From NCBI GenBank assembly GCA_040285855.1, contig JAUFOQ010000016.1, positions 1,922,001 through 1,986,000 on the forward strand: a DNA stretch of 64,000 bases, in the 5' to 3' direction. Shown one piece after another: positions 23,145 through 35,105 of the stretch; positions within the stretch are counted from its first letter, which is position 1; each line of letters begins with the position of its first letter. The stretch comes from Eukaryota sp. GEM-RC1. Lineage: Eukaryota. The translations under genes and the position numbers were made by a program. The notes beneath the pieces were generated by a model. That model was not told the DNA's origin. It searched no databases and was given only the letters and a program-made list of their open reading frames with translations.

Positions 23145-23642
23145 CTAACTAATGTTAAAAATATCATCAAAGCCAACAGGTGGTTCTTCGTAATTAGGAT
23201 CTGGAGCATTACTGGGACTGTCCCCTCTCAGTTCAGAATTAACGGGATTGGCTAAGTCTGATTCATCTGCTCTATGACCTGGAACACCTAAATCTTGACC
23301 AAGCAGTGAGTGTAACTTATTCTTCACGGCAGTCTTAGACTGAAGTTTACGGATTCTATACAGAAAAAGCTCCAATTCTCCAACTGAATCAGGGATGAGA
23401 GTAGAACACCACTTCTTCGTGGTTTGTATCAGAGAAAGCAAGTCATTGAGTTGATGTGAAGGATCACCTGACAGTGTTGGAGCGAGTGAGGAAATTTGAG
23501 AATAAAGGGAATCAAGACCCTTAGGTTGACACAATAATTCATCAGTCAACTGAGTTCTAGTCACACGAGGAATCTTAACCTTGGGAGCCTTAGTAAGTTT
23601 AGGGGGTTTGGGGTTTGATTTTCGAGCAGAATAACGATTCAT
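23145..23642 (-). CDS. TIPIN: Replication fork protection subunit Tipin/Csm3/Swi3
   Basis: QLTDELLCQPKGLDSL...DLLSLIQTTKKWCSTLIP...FLYRIRKL Swi3-domain pattern. Confidence 0.7.
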   Translation of the reverse strand: MNRYSARKSNPKPPKLTKAPKVKIPRVTRTQLTDELLCQPKGLDSLYSQISSLAPTLSGDPSHQLNDLLSLIQTTKKWCSTLIPDSVGELELFLYRIRKLQSKTAVKNKLHSLLGQDLGVPGHRADESDLANPVNSELRGDSPSNAPDPNYEEPPVGFDDIFNIS

Positions 23643-23664
23643 TTGACTAAGCAAAACTGGTCAA

Positions 23665-25083
23665 ATGACTGAGCACTGTGCCACCCTTCTTCGTACAGCC
23701 TTTTGTTCTCAGAGAACTCGACCTCTGTCGTTTCGTATACAACAACTCACTTCACTCAAAAACTGTATACTGGATAACAAATCTTCCTTAATCGATGCTC
23801 TTACGGCAGATCTAGGTCGTTGTTCTATCGAATCTATTCTAGTGGAGATTGTCACTTTACGTCGTGAAATCGATGACACTCTTTCGAAAATAAAGACCTG
23901 GACAAGTCCTACTCACTACAAGTCTCCCATCGCTCTTTTCCCTGTCAAAATGTGTGCTACTATTCCTGAACCCCGTGGAGTTGTTCTCATCATCTCTCCC
24001 TGGAACTATCCCATCTACCTCTCTCTTTCTCCATTGGTTTCTGCTATAGCTGCAGGTTGTGTTGCCTGCATTAAGCCATCTGAGCACTCTCCTAACTGCT
24101 CTGCTCTTCTTTCAACTCTCCTCCCAAAATACCTCGATCCTGATGCCTACGTCGTCCGTCTCGGTGCCATTGATGAAACTACTGCACTTCTGGAACAAAA
24201 GTGGGATAAGATCTTCTTTACCGGCAGTACTTCTGTTGGTAAAATCGTAGCCACCGCTGCAGCCAAGACTTTAACTCCTGTCGTAATTGAAGCTGGTGGG
24301 AAAAGTCCAGTCATTATTGACACTTCAGCTCCATTGGAGCTTACTGCTAGGAGAATCTGCTACGGGAAGTGGCTGAATAATGGCCAGACTTGTGTAGCTC
24401 CTGATTACGCTTTGATTGATGATGACGTTTTTGATGATGTGATCGCTGCAATCAAAGGTTGTTTGGTTAGTTTCTATGGGGACACTCCAGCTTCGTCTTG
24501 TGATTATAGTAGGATTATTAATTCTACACATTTGACCAGAATTAAAAATTTGGTTTCTGATGCGTTGGACAAGGGTGGAAAGTTGTTGACTGGATCAATC
24601 GATGACGTGAACGAAGATGATCTGTATTGTCCCCCAATTGTACTAGAAGTTGATGTTTCTTTAGAGAATTTTGAAAAAATCAAAATTTTAAAAGAAGAAA
24701 TATTTGGCCCTGTTCTTGTTGTTGCTCGTGTTAAGAGCGATTTTGTTGTATCCTGTATTGATATCATCAACAGCCAACCAAATCCCTTAGCTTTATACAT
24801 CTTTTCTACCAACAAACAAACCATCAGCACCATCATCTCCTCCACCTCTTCTGGTGGGGTCTGCGTTAATGACACTGTCGTTCATTTAGGTACTTGTTTA
24901 CCTTTCGGAGGGGTAGGGGATTCAGGAATGGGAAGTTCTCATGGAAAAGCTGGCTTTGATGAGTTCTCCCATCATAAAAGCGTTCTACATCGTGGGACTT
25001 CAATGGAGGTAGATAAGGGACTTCGGTATCCCCCGTATAGTGAGAGGAGTAGCGCTTGGCTTGAACGGCTGGCGTTGATGTGA
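23665..25083 (+). CDS. ALDH3: Aldehyde dehydrogenase, family 3
   Basis: ISPWNYP, KPSE, FTGS, EAGGKSP, GQTCVAPDY, EEIFGP, PFGGVGDSGMG. Confidence 0.95.
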   Translation: MTEHCATLLRTAFCSQRTRPLSFRIQQLTSLKNCILDNKSSLIDALTADLGRCSIESILVEIVTLRREIDDTLSKIKTWTSPTHYKSPIALFPVKMCATIPEPRGVVLIISPWNYPIYLSLSPLVSAIAAGCVACIKPSEHSPNCSALLSTLLPKYLDPDAYVVRLGAIDETTALLEQKWDKIFFTGSTSVGKIVATAAAKTLTPVVIEAGGKSPVIIDTSAPLELTARRICYGKWLNNGQTCVAPDYALIDDDVFDDVIAAIKGCLVSFYGDTPASSCDYSRIINSTHLTRIKNLVSDALDKGGKLLTGSIDDVNEDDLYCPPIVLEVDVSLENFEKIKILKEEIFGPVLVVARVKSDFVVSCIDIINSQPNPLALYIFSTNKQTISTIISSTSSGGVCVNDTVVHLGTCLPFGGVGDSGMGSSHGKAGFDEFSHHKSVLHRGTSMEVDKGLRYPPYSERSSAWLERLALM

Positions 25084-25489
25084 ATAAATCTGTATGTAGG
25101 AGTTAGTATTAACTGAATCTTTTCTAGATTACACGCGATTTGTAACATCCGTGAGTGATTCTGATTACAGAAGTATACATGTGTACCTGAAATGATGTAC
25201 ACAACACTAACCTACATCATTTTGTTTTGGGAGTTTTTTGGTTTAAGAATATGTTGTACTGGGACAATGACTTCTGTATTTAATTATGGAAAGGAGAATA
25301 ATTATACTGTAGATGAAAAAATTCAAAATAAAGTATTTAAAACACTAGACACAGAAAATGCCGGATCAGCAGAACCACAGTTCTAATACAATTGTCATGC
25401 CAAATTGTTAAGTTGAATCGTTTATTAAGAGACTTCTACAAACTACTAGTAGTAGACATAAGTTCAATTAAATACTGAGAAGACATTTC

Positions 25490-25850
25490 GCTAATACACC
25501 AAAAATCGAAATAGTAAAATGAATAGATTCAGATTTTCGATACACACCAATTTTGATTGATTTTATCAACACTTTTTGAATTCAGATCTATTATACGTTC
25601 TTTGGCTGTTTCAAGCTTTTGAAGTTGAGCTGTTGACATAAGTTTGAGCGCATGGATTTAGTGTTGTGAAATCAAAAAAAATTTGTCTAGAATCAATAAA
25701 AGGACCATGGAAGTCACCTCTACGAGAATTATTAATTAAATCAAGCCTTAAGCTACAAAATAAGAGTTCAACTTTGACATGAAATCCATGAGCAAATGTT
25801 GGATAATTTTTTAAATTTAAGGGTTTCATATTCTTTATAACCATTTTTCA
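25490..25850 (-). mobile_element. Decayed RLE (PD-D/E-xK) endonuclease region of a non-LTR retrotransposon
   Basis: HGFHVKVE...RRGD...IFFDFTTLNPCAQTY, then a shifted FTISIFG. Confidence 0.55.
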
Positions 25851-25955
25851 TGATTGGAAACAAAAACTGCTCTCCAAATATCAAAATCTTTTTTAGTTAA
25901 TTCAAATATAATCGAAAATTATGCATAACTATTTGTATATACGTATACTGTACTA

Positions 25956-26813
25956 TAGAGCTGTCAACGGCTTGAACCCTATGGTTTGACTTGTTAAATT
26001 CCAAACTGGTTCGGCTTTGGCTTGAGCCATTTGAGTAAGCCAAACCAAAGTGACAAGTCAACTTGAAGCCGAGCCAAGTCGATATTTTTTCGGCTTGAAA
26101 TATCAAATATTTTGTAATTGTTTCTATTGATGAAACTCATCACAAACTACCCTCGTTTAAGTACAAAGTTGGATGAATACCTTGAATACCTAAAGAATGA
26201 GCAGATTCATCGTTTTCGTCATCACTACAATAAACTAATTCATATCCATAATTGAGCCAATCCTTTAAGCATCAACGAAGTTAAAGATTCGTCGTCAAGT
26301 GATGATCTTTTTTGCACTTGATAAAAAAAATTCTTTCACATGGACTTGAACTTAAAGGAATGATCAGAAAATCTCTACCAAAGAAGGATACTCTTTACTG
26401 TGCAATTTCCACTATACAAGCGGACATGATTGAATATCGTTTGGATACAATCTCTTGTACCTTTGAAATTGATGTTCTTCCACTATAACATGATTATCTG
26501 GGGAATTGGTGGGAAACGTAAGAATTCCTTGGTGATTTTTCAGTCATGTGAGAGAGATAGTAAGAATTTTATCAGTAATGATCACAATTATGAGTGCGCT
26601 AGCGGTATTTCTATAACTTTTTGTATTTGTTTGTACGTCTTATGAATCGATGTATGTAAAAAAACTGGGTCAACTTGTTCATTTACTTGTTTTATTGTTC
26701 GAAGTAAGTTCAAGCCGCGGCTTGAGCCATTTGAGTAAGCCAAGCCAAAATTGGATATGACTTGGCTCAAGTCGTTCGGTTTACGGCTTGAGCCGAACCG
26801 TTTGACAGCTCTA
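25956..26813. mobile_element. Non-autonomous hAT element (858 bp)
   Basis: TIR TAGAGCTGTCAA; perfect 8-bp TSD CTGTACTA; subterminal GGCTTGAGCC repeats. Confidence 0.92.
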
Positions 26814-29800
26814 CTGTACTAATAATATAAAAAGTCACTTTTCTACAAAATACAAAGTATAGTTTTTTTCCCAATTATATAATATATTTCATAAGTTCTA
26901 AATTCATACCTTGTTTGTATCGGACAGTGATGAAGTTCACTGTGAGACACAAAATCCACATCAGGAAGAAGTAGTGGTTTGGTCCTGCCAGCAGGATGTA
27001 TGATATAGGAGGGTTTCTCTTTTACAAAATCTTTCTTGTGCAAGGTAACTAAAACAAGTCGTCCATAGTATCCGAGAGAAAAGTTGTTCAAAAATGGAAA
27101 ACGACGTTTTTAACTTTTATCATACTTTTTTTATAAACTGACAAGCCTGATTAAAAATAACACGTGTTAACACGTTGCATGTTTGTGTTACAAGATAATT
27201 TTCTGGTTTCTAGCTCAACGATAAAGAGCTCATTTTTTCTACAGTTTGTAGTCAATTAACTTTACTACAATACAGCAAAAAAGAAAAGAAATTATGTAAT
27301 CGTACAAGATGTTGGTCATACTAACTCGTGGTATCTCTTTTCGAGAGCAGAGTTGTAGAGGTTGTAGCATGAAAGAGATGTACTACAGTGCTGTGGACTT
27401 AACCGAATATGATAGGGTTGCCACGTAACAAAAATTCTACACAAATACTCTACTCTCTCATCACTACATGTACATGAACCACTCATACATTCATCCAATG
27501 CTCGAACATGTTCATCATGCTCAAGCAAGCCATCTTGTTGCGATTCCAATACATTTGAATGGGCACTGTCTACCCTTTCTTTTCCCCTTCAATCGCTTCT
27601 TGACTTCTCCCAGACAATGTTCACTCTCAACACTCTAGTAAGCCATGTGGGTGAATCCATTCTCCCTTCTCTCTTGATTTGGGCTTTGAGTTGACAACTG
27701 ATGTATCTTGAGGCTATCTTCTAACTTTGACTCCGGTAGTCAACAAGAAACATCATGCAACCAACAGTTGCTCTTCTTGTTATGACTTCTTTGCTTCTCA
27801 TCAACTAGATTTTTGAACTGTGTGGGAGTACTCATTAGATATTATAGAAAGATTTATATTTTCCAAAAGACTTCTTTTTTCTATCAATAATCACTTTAAA
27901 ATGGTTATGTTCAGTTGTGGAAGAAATTTCCATTACTCGGAATAGTTTTTGATTTTCAAAAATATATATTTTAATAGTAGTATTGCGACTAAGCAACTGC
28001 TTCTGCCAATCAACTAAGTCCATAAGTTGGCCACTTTTGGTCCTTCGAAAAAAGTGAAACATTGACTTTTTTTAGAAAAATATGAGTTACAACGAAATTC
28101 TATCATCTAGATCGGCTTTTCGTCAACTCCACCATCAAAGTATCCTTGATTTTTTCAAGACTTCAGAAGAAGTCCATGTCGACGAGTCACTCTTAAGAGA
28201 CTCTCGATGGAGTTATAAAGTGTTACACTAGAATTTGAAACAAATCAGTCACTGGAAACCGTCATTTAGGAAACAACAAAACTCAAAATATCGGAAATGT
28301 GTTAACAATTTTCTTCTCTAGTTTCCCAAGCGAAAGACACTGGAACACTCGAACCAGCCAGATAACATACTCAATTTGAAAGACGTGTCATCAATCGATC
28401 GTCTTGAGTCAAACCCTAACCCTTGCATACTCAAGCATTGTTCGAGTTTTTCCCTAATCCAGTACTGTAATCATAAATCATTTTCCACAGTAATTAGTGG
28501 AAGAACATTTGAGTGATAAAACAACACCATTGAAAATTGTTTTTCAATTCTAATAAAGAGTGTAAGAGATGAAGTCAGAGGTATTCGTAGAAGAAAAAGT
28601 CACATGTTAACTAGATTAAAATATGACTGCTCAAGAATGATCGATCATGTAGGGTGGCGAAATCTCAAGTACGCTCAGTCCTCTTATCTAACACCTCAAG
28701 TCATTCCAGTGACTGGACAAACTGTAAACGGTTTCTGTTCTTACAACCAAGTAACATAGCTTTCTTTTGATACATGTTAGTTCATTTTGATTTTAAATAC
28801 AACCTGACCTGGTAGACCCCATTGCCTTGAATCGCTGAGGTTGACTATGCGGTCCGAAAGCTACCTGCAGGTCTGAACAGTTGTAATTGAGGTGATAAAG
28901 TTTTCGTAGTAGCTCTTTTTTATTCGCAATTTCATAGAAGTGAGTGCTGAAAATCAAGGGCAAAATTGCTTGAGTTAGCGAGGTACAATCACAATATTCT
29001 TGCAGATCTTGGTCAAGTTGAAGAAGATCTCTAGCAGAGGATTACTGTAATGTTGCCCTCCTTTAATTCAATTTCTTATATTATTTGGTTTAATTACTTC
29101 TGTGTCTTTGTTTCTTTCAGTCCACAAGGAAAACCTTTTATTGTATTCTTCCAGTATTGTTTGAACATGATAAAAACGGTACAAAAAAATTCGGTTTAGA
29201 TGAAAAACAATTTCATATACTACACAGTAGGTCAATTAAGCTGATCTCCAATCACATGATTTTTTAAACAAATTGTGATGCAGCATATACTTGAAATTCA
29301 TTTAACAAAATTGTTCATGATATTTTTTGAAATTTAAGTGTTTATAAAATGCCTATGATTGAATTAAATACTACGTGATAGTGAATTAAAAATTAAGGAA
29401 ATTCATGAGCTTTCAACATTTAAAATCTAACATCTCTTACCGCAATATGAAGAACAGAACGAAATTGAATAAATTCGGGGCAATTAATTAGTTCATATCA
29501 TATCTAAAAGTTCTATTTCAAACTTAATTTCAAATTAATTACAACTACTAGAAGAAACAATTCTGATAAAACAATTCTCACTATAAGTAAACACATCAGA
29601 CAACAAAACTGAGGTTTTTCTGGAAACAAATACAAATCATTGGAAGTAAAAGAACGAAGAGAACATGGAACTAGTTTAGGGGTCAAATGAGACATTGCGC
29701 TACGCATAAGCAATCCATGTAGCGGGTATCTTTACAGTTTTTAAGAGAATATGGAGCATTTAGTGGCGAAACAATGTGTTTTTGTAAGAAATAGTTGTAC

Positions 29801-29962
29801 TACTACTATTAATAGTGTATTAGAAAACAATTATTGATGTACAACCAGATCCAACCATCATTTGCCGAAAGTCTTTCTTTCAACATTTAGCACAATTCAA
29901 GAACAAAGATGTTCTCTTACTTCTATTTAGACATAAATAAACTACAGGTCCAGGCATTCAGT

Positions 29963-30391
29963 TTAATCATCTTCTGCTTCAGATTCGTCATCAGAAAGAC
30001 CCTTCTCCTCATCAAAAGCTTCGTCTGACGATTCGTCATCTTTCGGAAGATCTGGTTCTTGAGAAACATCTATACTAACACTTTCAGAATCACGAGATCG
30101 TGCAGTTTGTTGTATCAATCGCGGTGCTTCTCGAACTGGTTGTTGTTCTTGTGCTGCATCTAGCCATGAATAATATATATCAATGGGTGCCATTAGAGGA
30201 GTCATCACAACATTCCAATTGGCCTGACATTGTGTACACTCGATTATACCCCGTTGTCTATGAGCAGAATCCCGTTTTACAGAAGTGACACAGCTACTAG
30301 AAGATTCACAGAAGGGACAGTCAAAGCGTCGGGGCATCTTGACTTGAGTTTTTTTGGAGGGAAGAGCTGTGCTAGATTTACGTTTTGCCAT
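29963..30391 (-). CDS. ELF1: Transcription elongation factor Elf1/ELOF1
   Basis: MAKRKS, FDCPFC...CTQC...IDIYYSWLDA, acidic tail. Confidence 0.92.
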   Translation of the reverse strand: MAKRKSSTALPSKKTQVKMPRRFDCPFCESSSSCVTSVKRDSAHRQRGIIECTQCQANWNVVMTPLMAPIDIYYSWLDAAQEQQPVREAPRLIQQTARSRDSESVSIDVSQEPDLPKDDESSDEAFDEEKGLSDDESEAEDD

Positions 30392-30449
30392 TGTGAAAGA
30401 AACAAAAGTTACGTTGACTGATGGCTTGAAAAGGTGTGTTGAGTTTTTT

Positions 30450-31911
30450 TTGTAAATTAACTTCTCTCAACTTTTTGTAGCTGTGTTGTCCAGTATGAGA
30501 CACATTTTATCTGCATCATCACCGTATGTTTCTGTATCCAGATTTGTTCATCGTTTAGTCAACAATCGCTGTTTTTCAATAAGGCCTTTGTGTTACAATG
30601 ATGATAGATTAGATCTTGGTTGGCAGTATTTCTCTGACGACCTCTGATCACTTTGGCACTCTTTCTTTATGGAAGATGATGTTGATTCCATCACCTTCTT
30701 TTTTGTGTCATATACACTCACCCCAGTAACTTCTAAACTCGCAACAGCTTTATTACATTCCCTATATCTACCTGAACAACTCGTAAGCTATTGTATGTTA
30801 CATGTGGACTGGTTGCGGATGGTCAGCTTGACAGGCAGCCCTGTGTCACTTCGGAACTGCAAGTAGTCACTAATTAGTCTCTCGAATGACGACTGGTTTT
30901 TGATGTGTCTAATGGTCCCTGATGAATCTACGAAAGAGAAGTAACTGTTCTTGAACTTCAGCTCGTCAAACTGTGTAACTTCATATATGAGGTCACCGAA
31001 TGTGGCTCTAGTTGACAACTCAATGTCCTTCATTGCCTTACAATTAAGGTTTTGTACTCTAAACAGCAGTCTCTCCAACGACATGGTAACAGGAAAACTG
31101 AATTTCTGACCAGTCTTTATCTTAAAATACAATCCTCTCAAATCTCTTCTTTCCAATTATATATGTTAAAAAGAAAATCTAAATGATCCTGTACATGAAT
31201 TCGTTGGGATTTGGCCCATTCGAAGGCTAGAATACTACGGTCAAGCTTATTCAGAGTTTCAAAAGACTCGGAATATATATTGGTTGACTCCACAAGCTTT
31301 TCTATACTGTCTTTATAATACCTTGCTGAACTGTCAAGATCATCAAGTATATCTGTACTTACTCCATGAGTTGACAAGAATTCCCTGTAATGAGCGTCAG
31401 GATCTTGTATCTCTGGAGATGAAGGAGGTTCGTGAATTGTTACTTGAGGAGAAGGTGTCTGTAGTGGAGGTGATGGCTGAGGGCCAGGAAAAGGGAATGA
31501 ATATCCAGGAACTGAAGGCCAAGATTGACCATGCATCATTTGAGGAGGCATATGGTGCATCATTTGAGGAGGCATATGGGGGCCCTGGTGGTAATAGAAG
31601 GGCATATTTGGTCGAGCACCATAAGGAGTTGATAGAGAAGGAGGATGAGCAGGAGCATGTGTATCATGGACTGAACGGGATTCAGTACATCGATATTTGA
31701 ACGCAGGGGCAGGCATTGGACGTCCAGATGTCAATAACTGTCAATAACAACTAAAACGTCTTTTCATATTTCTTCTCATCATTCTTCTGGTAACTTCGAA
31801 CTTGAATTCACTGATAGCATTTTCTATATAGGTTTCGCGATGTTGAGATATCACAGGGTATCAATGGTTTCTGTTGGTCAATTCATCTCCACCTAAGAAC
31901 AGAGTACTCAT
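30450..31911 (-). pseudogene. Interrupted ORF with Pro-rich and PB1-like segments
   Basis: ATG 31911 is in frame with ORF 31138-31734 across two TGA codons; shift into 30788-31156 (FSFVDSSGTIRHIKNQSSFERLI); further stops downstream. Confidence 0.4.
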
Positions 31912-32022
31912 CTAGTGGCAACAAACTGTAAGATCTATATATACAATGCTTAAGTCCACTTGACTAAGTTAACAATATTGAATCTCTATAAACATCTCAA
32001 TTCTTATGAACTTCACTGTAGC

Positions 32023-32988
32023 CAGGGATTGGAAAAATATATTTATATTTATTGTGTACCAACAATATTTATTGACAATATGAGATCTTGAACAATATGA
32101 TATTGTTATTGTGAACAATAAATATATATTTATGGACAATATATTGCAATATTTGAAAACACATAAAAGAAGCTGTTTATTTGAATCTCAAATTTATTCT
32201 ACGATATAATGATCCTGCGAACTGTGTTCTCGTCCCAGAAAGCACGATTGTAGAGCAAGAACAATTGCTTTTCTAAGGTAGACGGATCCAAGGCATGTCT
32301 GTGTCATCCTAAAGTAAGCTTTGAACGACTGAAGAGCCTCTCCACTTCGTTGGAGGTTGGAGGAATGAACGATAGATCAATGTAATCAGAATTTTTAGTG
32401 GTAGAATCAATTGTGTCTAGTTGAGAAGATAAGTTGACAGTGGAATGTGACGAAGTGGCATGTGCACTCTTTCGTAATCTCTTTACTGATTCTTTTCTGA
32501 ATCAGTGAGAGTAGATTCTTTACCTTCTAGTATCTTTATCACCCCTGGTTTGAAATCAGGAGAATGCCAGATAGTGGACAAACGCGGCAACAATAGGCAA
32601 TATAATGTTGTTTGTCTACTGGAGGTTCTAGTTGGGGCGTGACTTTCAAAAAGATGCGTTTTGTTATCTCTTTGCCGTGTACATATTTGTAGAAGAAATT
32701 ATTCTTTCATTGTAGCTTATATATTCCACTGCATGGTCTTTGTTCATTTACTTCCTCGTCAGAAAGCAATGTATGTTCTATTATACAATGTATTCTCCCA
32801 CAACGATTCTAAACAACACTGGTGTACCAACTTTTACACTAACAATAACTAACAATATATTGCAATATATTGTTATTGTACGTGTACCAACAATATCATA
32901 TTGTTATTGTGTATGTACCAACAATACCATATTGTTATTGTAACAATATCAATATATTGCAATATCAATATATTTTTTCCAATCCCTG
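32023..32988 (-). mobile_element. hAT element with transposase remnant (966 bp)
   Basis: TIR CAGGGATTGGAAAAA; perfect 8-bp TSD ACTGTAGC; minus-strand YIDLSFIPPTSNEVERLFSRSKLTLG*HRHALDPSTLEKQLFL (hAT dimerisation domain). Confidence 0.93.
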
Positions 32989-33383
32989 ACTGTAGCACAG
33001 GTTAGTTATTGTTTCATTTGAAACCACCCAACTTGGACGTAACTCTTCGAACTTTCTATTGGAATCTTTCTTTTAGTTAATATTTAGTCATTGTGTGTGT
33101 AAGACACGTGTGTTGATGATTGTTCAATTTATCTTTAGTTACTGATCATGAGGTTGACTTCCTTTGTTTAAACATTGATGATGTTTTGGAACTTGACAAG
33201 GAGTTTGAAGTGGTTTACAAGAGTTAGGTTTGATCACTCACAGTTGAAAGTGTTTATGATTAGAACGGACTACTGACTATACTAAGTTTGCGATCAAATT
33301 ACTAAATTTACCAATTTAAACTTAGTAATTGATGCAACAGTAGTAATTATTATTATGTCTCTTTTTCCAACTGCATATTGCAA

Positions 33384-33632
33384 ATGCCTATTCTTAAGTC
33401 AGATTTGATCTTTGAAAGTCCTCTGATACCTTCTTCTATTAATCAGAACACGTCATCAACTCCAACGATGACGTCATCTCACTTTCAAGAGCCCTGGTCA
33501 ACAGTTGTTCAACCAGGATCTCCAGTGAATTTGAGTGACATTGAATCACCGCAAACTCTTGTACATTTTATTCACTCTGGTGATGAGTGGTCGGAATATG
33601 AAGCATTAGATCCTGATGAGCCTTACCCTTAA
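33384..33632 (+). CDS. Hypothetical protein
   Basis: 82-aa S/P-rich ATG ORF. Confidence 0.35.
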   Translation: MPILKSDLIFESPLIPSSINQNTSSTPTMTSSHFQEPWSTVVQPGSPVNLSDIESPQTLVHFIHSGDEWSEYEALDPDEPYP

Positions 33633-33925
33633 TCAGTAGACTTGGAAACTGCTCTCTTTAGGCTCAGTTGTTGTGAGAGTTATTGTTTTGGATAGTTTAG
33701 AATCACTATTTTTTGATTATATATAATATTTAATGTTTTAAACCTATTTTTAATTAGTTGAACGTACTTAGTATCAACGTTCTTTGCCAAACATCAGCGG
33801 AAAGTTGTTCCGGATCAAAAGAAATGGAACACTGTCAGTTTATAACTCCGAATAACCAAAAATTTACAAAATACAAAAATACAATCAACACAAGACAGTT
33901 AGAAACCACTCAAAGAAAATAGAAA

Positions 33926-34741
33926 TTACCTAATCTGAATACTTCCTTCCCCAGTCACTTTGATGTTCCCTCCAAACATTGACATGCTATTCGTAGAACA
34001 AACTACCTTTGCACTGGGTTTAAATCTAGCGAACTCCTTATGTTTACATAGCAAGGGAGTTCGTACTGTTAAAACGTAATGGCAAGTCTTATCTTCTATC
34101 ACGTTTTCAAGAGCAGCTGAGAGACCATCATGGGGAACACCACACATATACCTAACCTCAGCAGACCGCATGGTATCAGAGTTGGTGCAAGGTGTACCAT
34201 CAGAAAGAGTTTCCACGAAGTAAGGTTCATCAGTGGAATCCGAGGCATAAACGATGGAGCCTTCTATTGGAACAACTTCTTTGCTGTCAGTGGCCAGTAG
34301 TCGAGCAGGGTCTAGAAGAGGGGTGAAGTCGTTGGAGGTGCCTAGAAGGTAAGCTTGGATTTCATCTGTTGGAACTTTTTTCTTTGCAAGATCTGTGTGG
34401 AATTGAATCGCAGCACGTCCAGGTCGGAGCTGGTAGTGGAAGTAAGTATTTGTGATGTAGTTGAGGGATAAGTTTTGGAGAGGTGCTAGTAATTCCTTTG
34501 GATGAATAGAAGAAAGATTGACATTTGAAACAGATTCAATAGTGGGTAGAGAACAGACAAATGTTGCATTGTTGTGGTCAGTGAAACTTAGAGTGTCTTC
34601 ATTTGATGTTTGTGTCTCTTGAGAAGATCCAGAAATAAAACGGAGATCTAGACTAAAATTTATGTCATCTTTGTTCCAAGCAAAAACGATTGTCGTTAAA
34701 GAAAGCAGTATAAGTAGGCAGTGAGAGTGAGAGGAGGACAT
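33926..34741 (-). CDS. OS9: OS-9/PRKCSH (MRH domain) ER lectin
   Basis: Signal peptide; DGTPC...RSAEVRYMC...EDKTCHYVLTVRTPLLC. Confidence 0.85.
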   Translation of the reverse strand: MSSSHSHCLLILLSLTTIVFAWNKDDINFSLDLRFISGSSQETQTSNEDTLSFTDHNNATFVCSLPTIESVSNVNLSSIHPKELLAPLQNLSLNYITNTYFHYQLRPGRAAIQFHTDLAKKKVPTDEIQAYLLGTSNDFTPLLDPARLLATDSKEVVPIEGSIVYASDSTDEPYFVETLSDGTPCTNSDTMRSAEVRYMCGVPHDGLSAALENVIEDKTCHYVLTVRTPLLCKHKEFARFKPSAKVVCSTNSMSMFGGNIKVTGEGSIQIR

Positions 34742-35105
34742 TTGAAAAGATAATGAATCTGATGGATTTTCGAATCTAAATACTGTCTACCGTGCTACTG
34801 TACTGTAGATTCGTGTTGATATTTTGCTTCTTGTACTAGTTTTGCCTGAGTTTTAAACAGAATACAAAGGATATTGTGATGTAATACTAGCAATTATTGG
34901 GGTTTGGGGTTATTCAAAAACTGTTCACTTTAACAATGTGAGGTGGTTCACTCAATAATGGGGATAGATTTATCTAGTTGTAGTTTCTGTTATGGATAAT
35001 ACTAGTCGGTCTTTGAATTACAAACTAAATCACTAACAAAAAAACTAGATTGTAGAAGTAGAGCACCAAACATTTATTAACAGTCTTAAATCTACACAGT
35101 TTGAA

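Noticed and set aside
30450..31911. Stop-codon reassignment suggested by in-frame TGA codons
   Set aside because: TAA, TAG and TGA all terminate conserved genes in this window and never interrupt them
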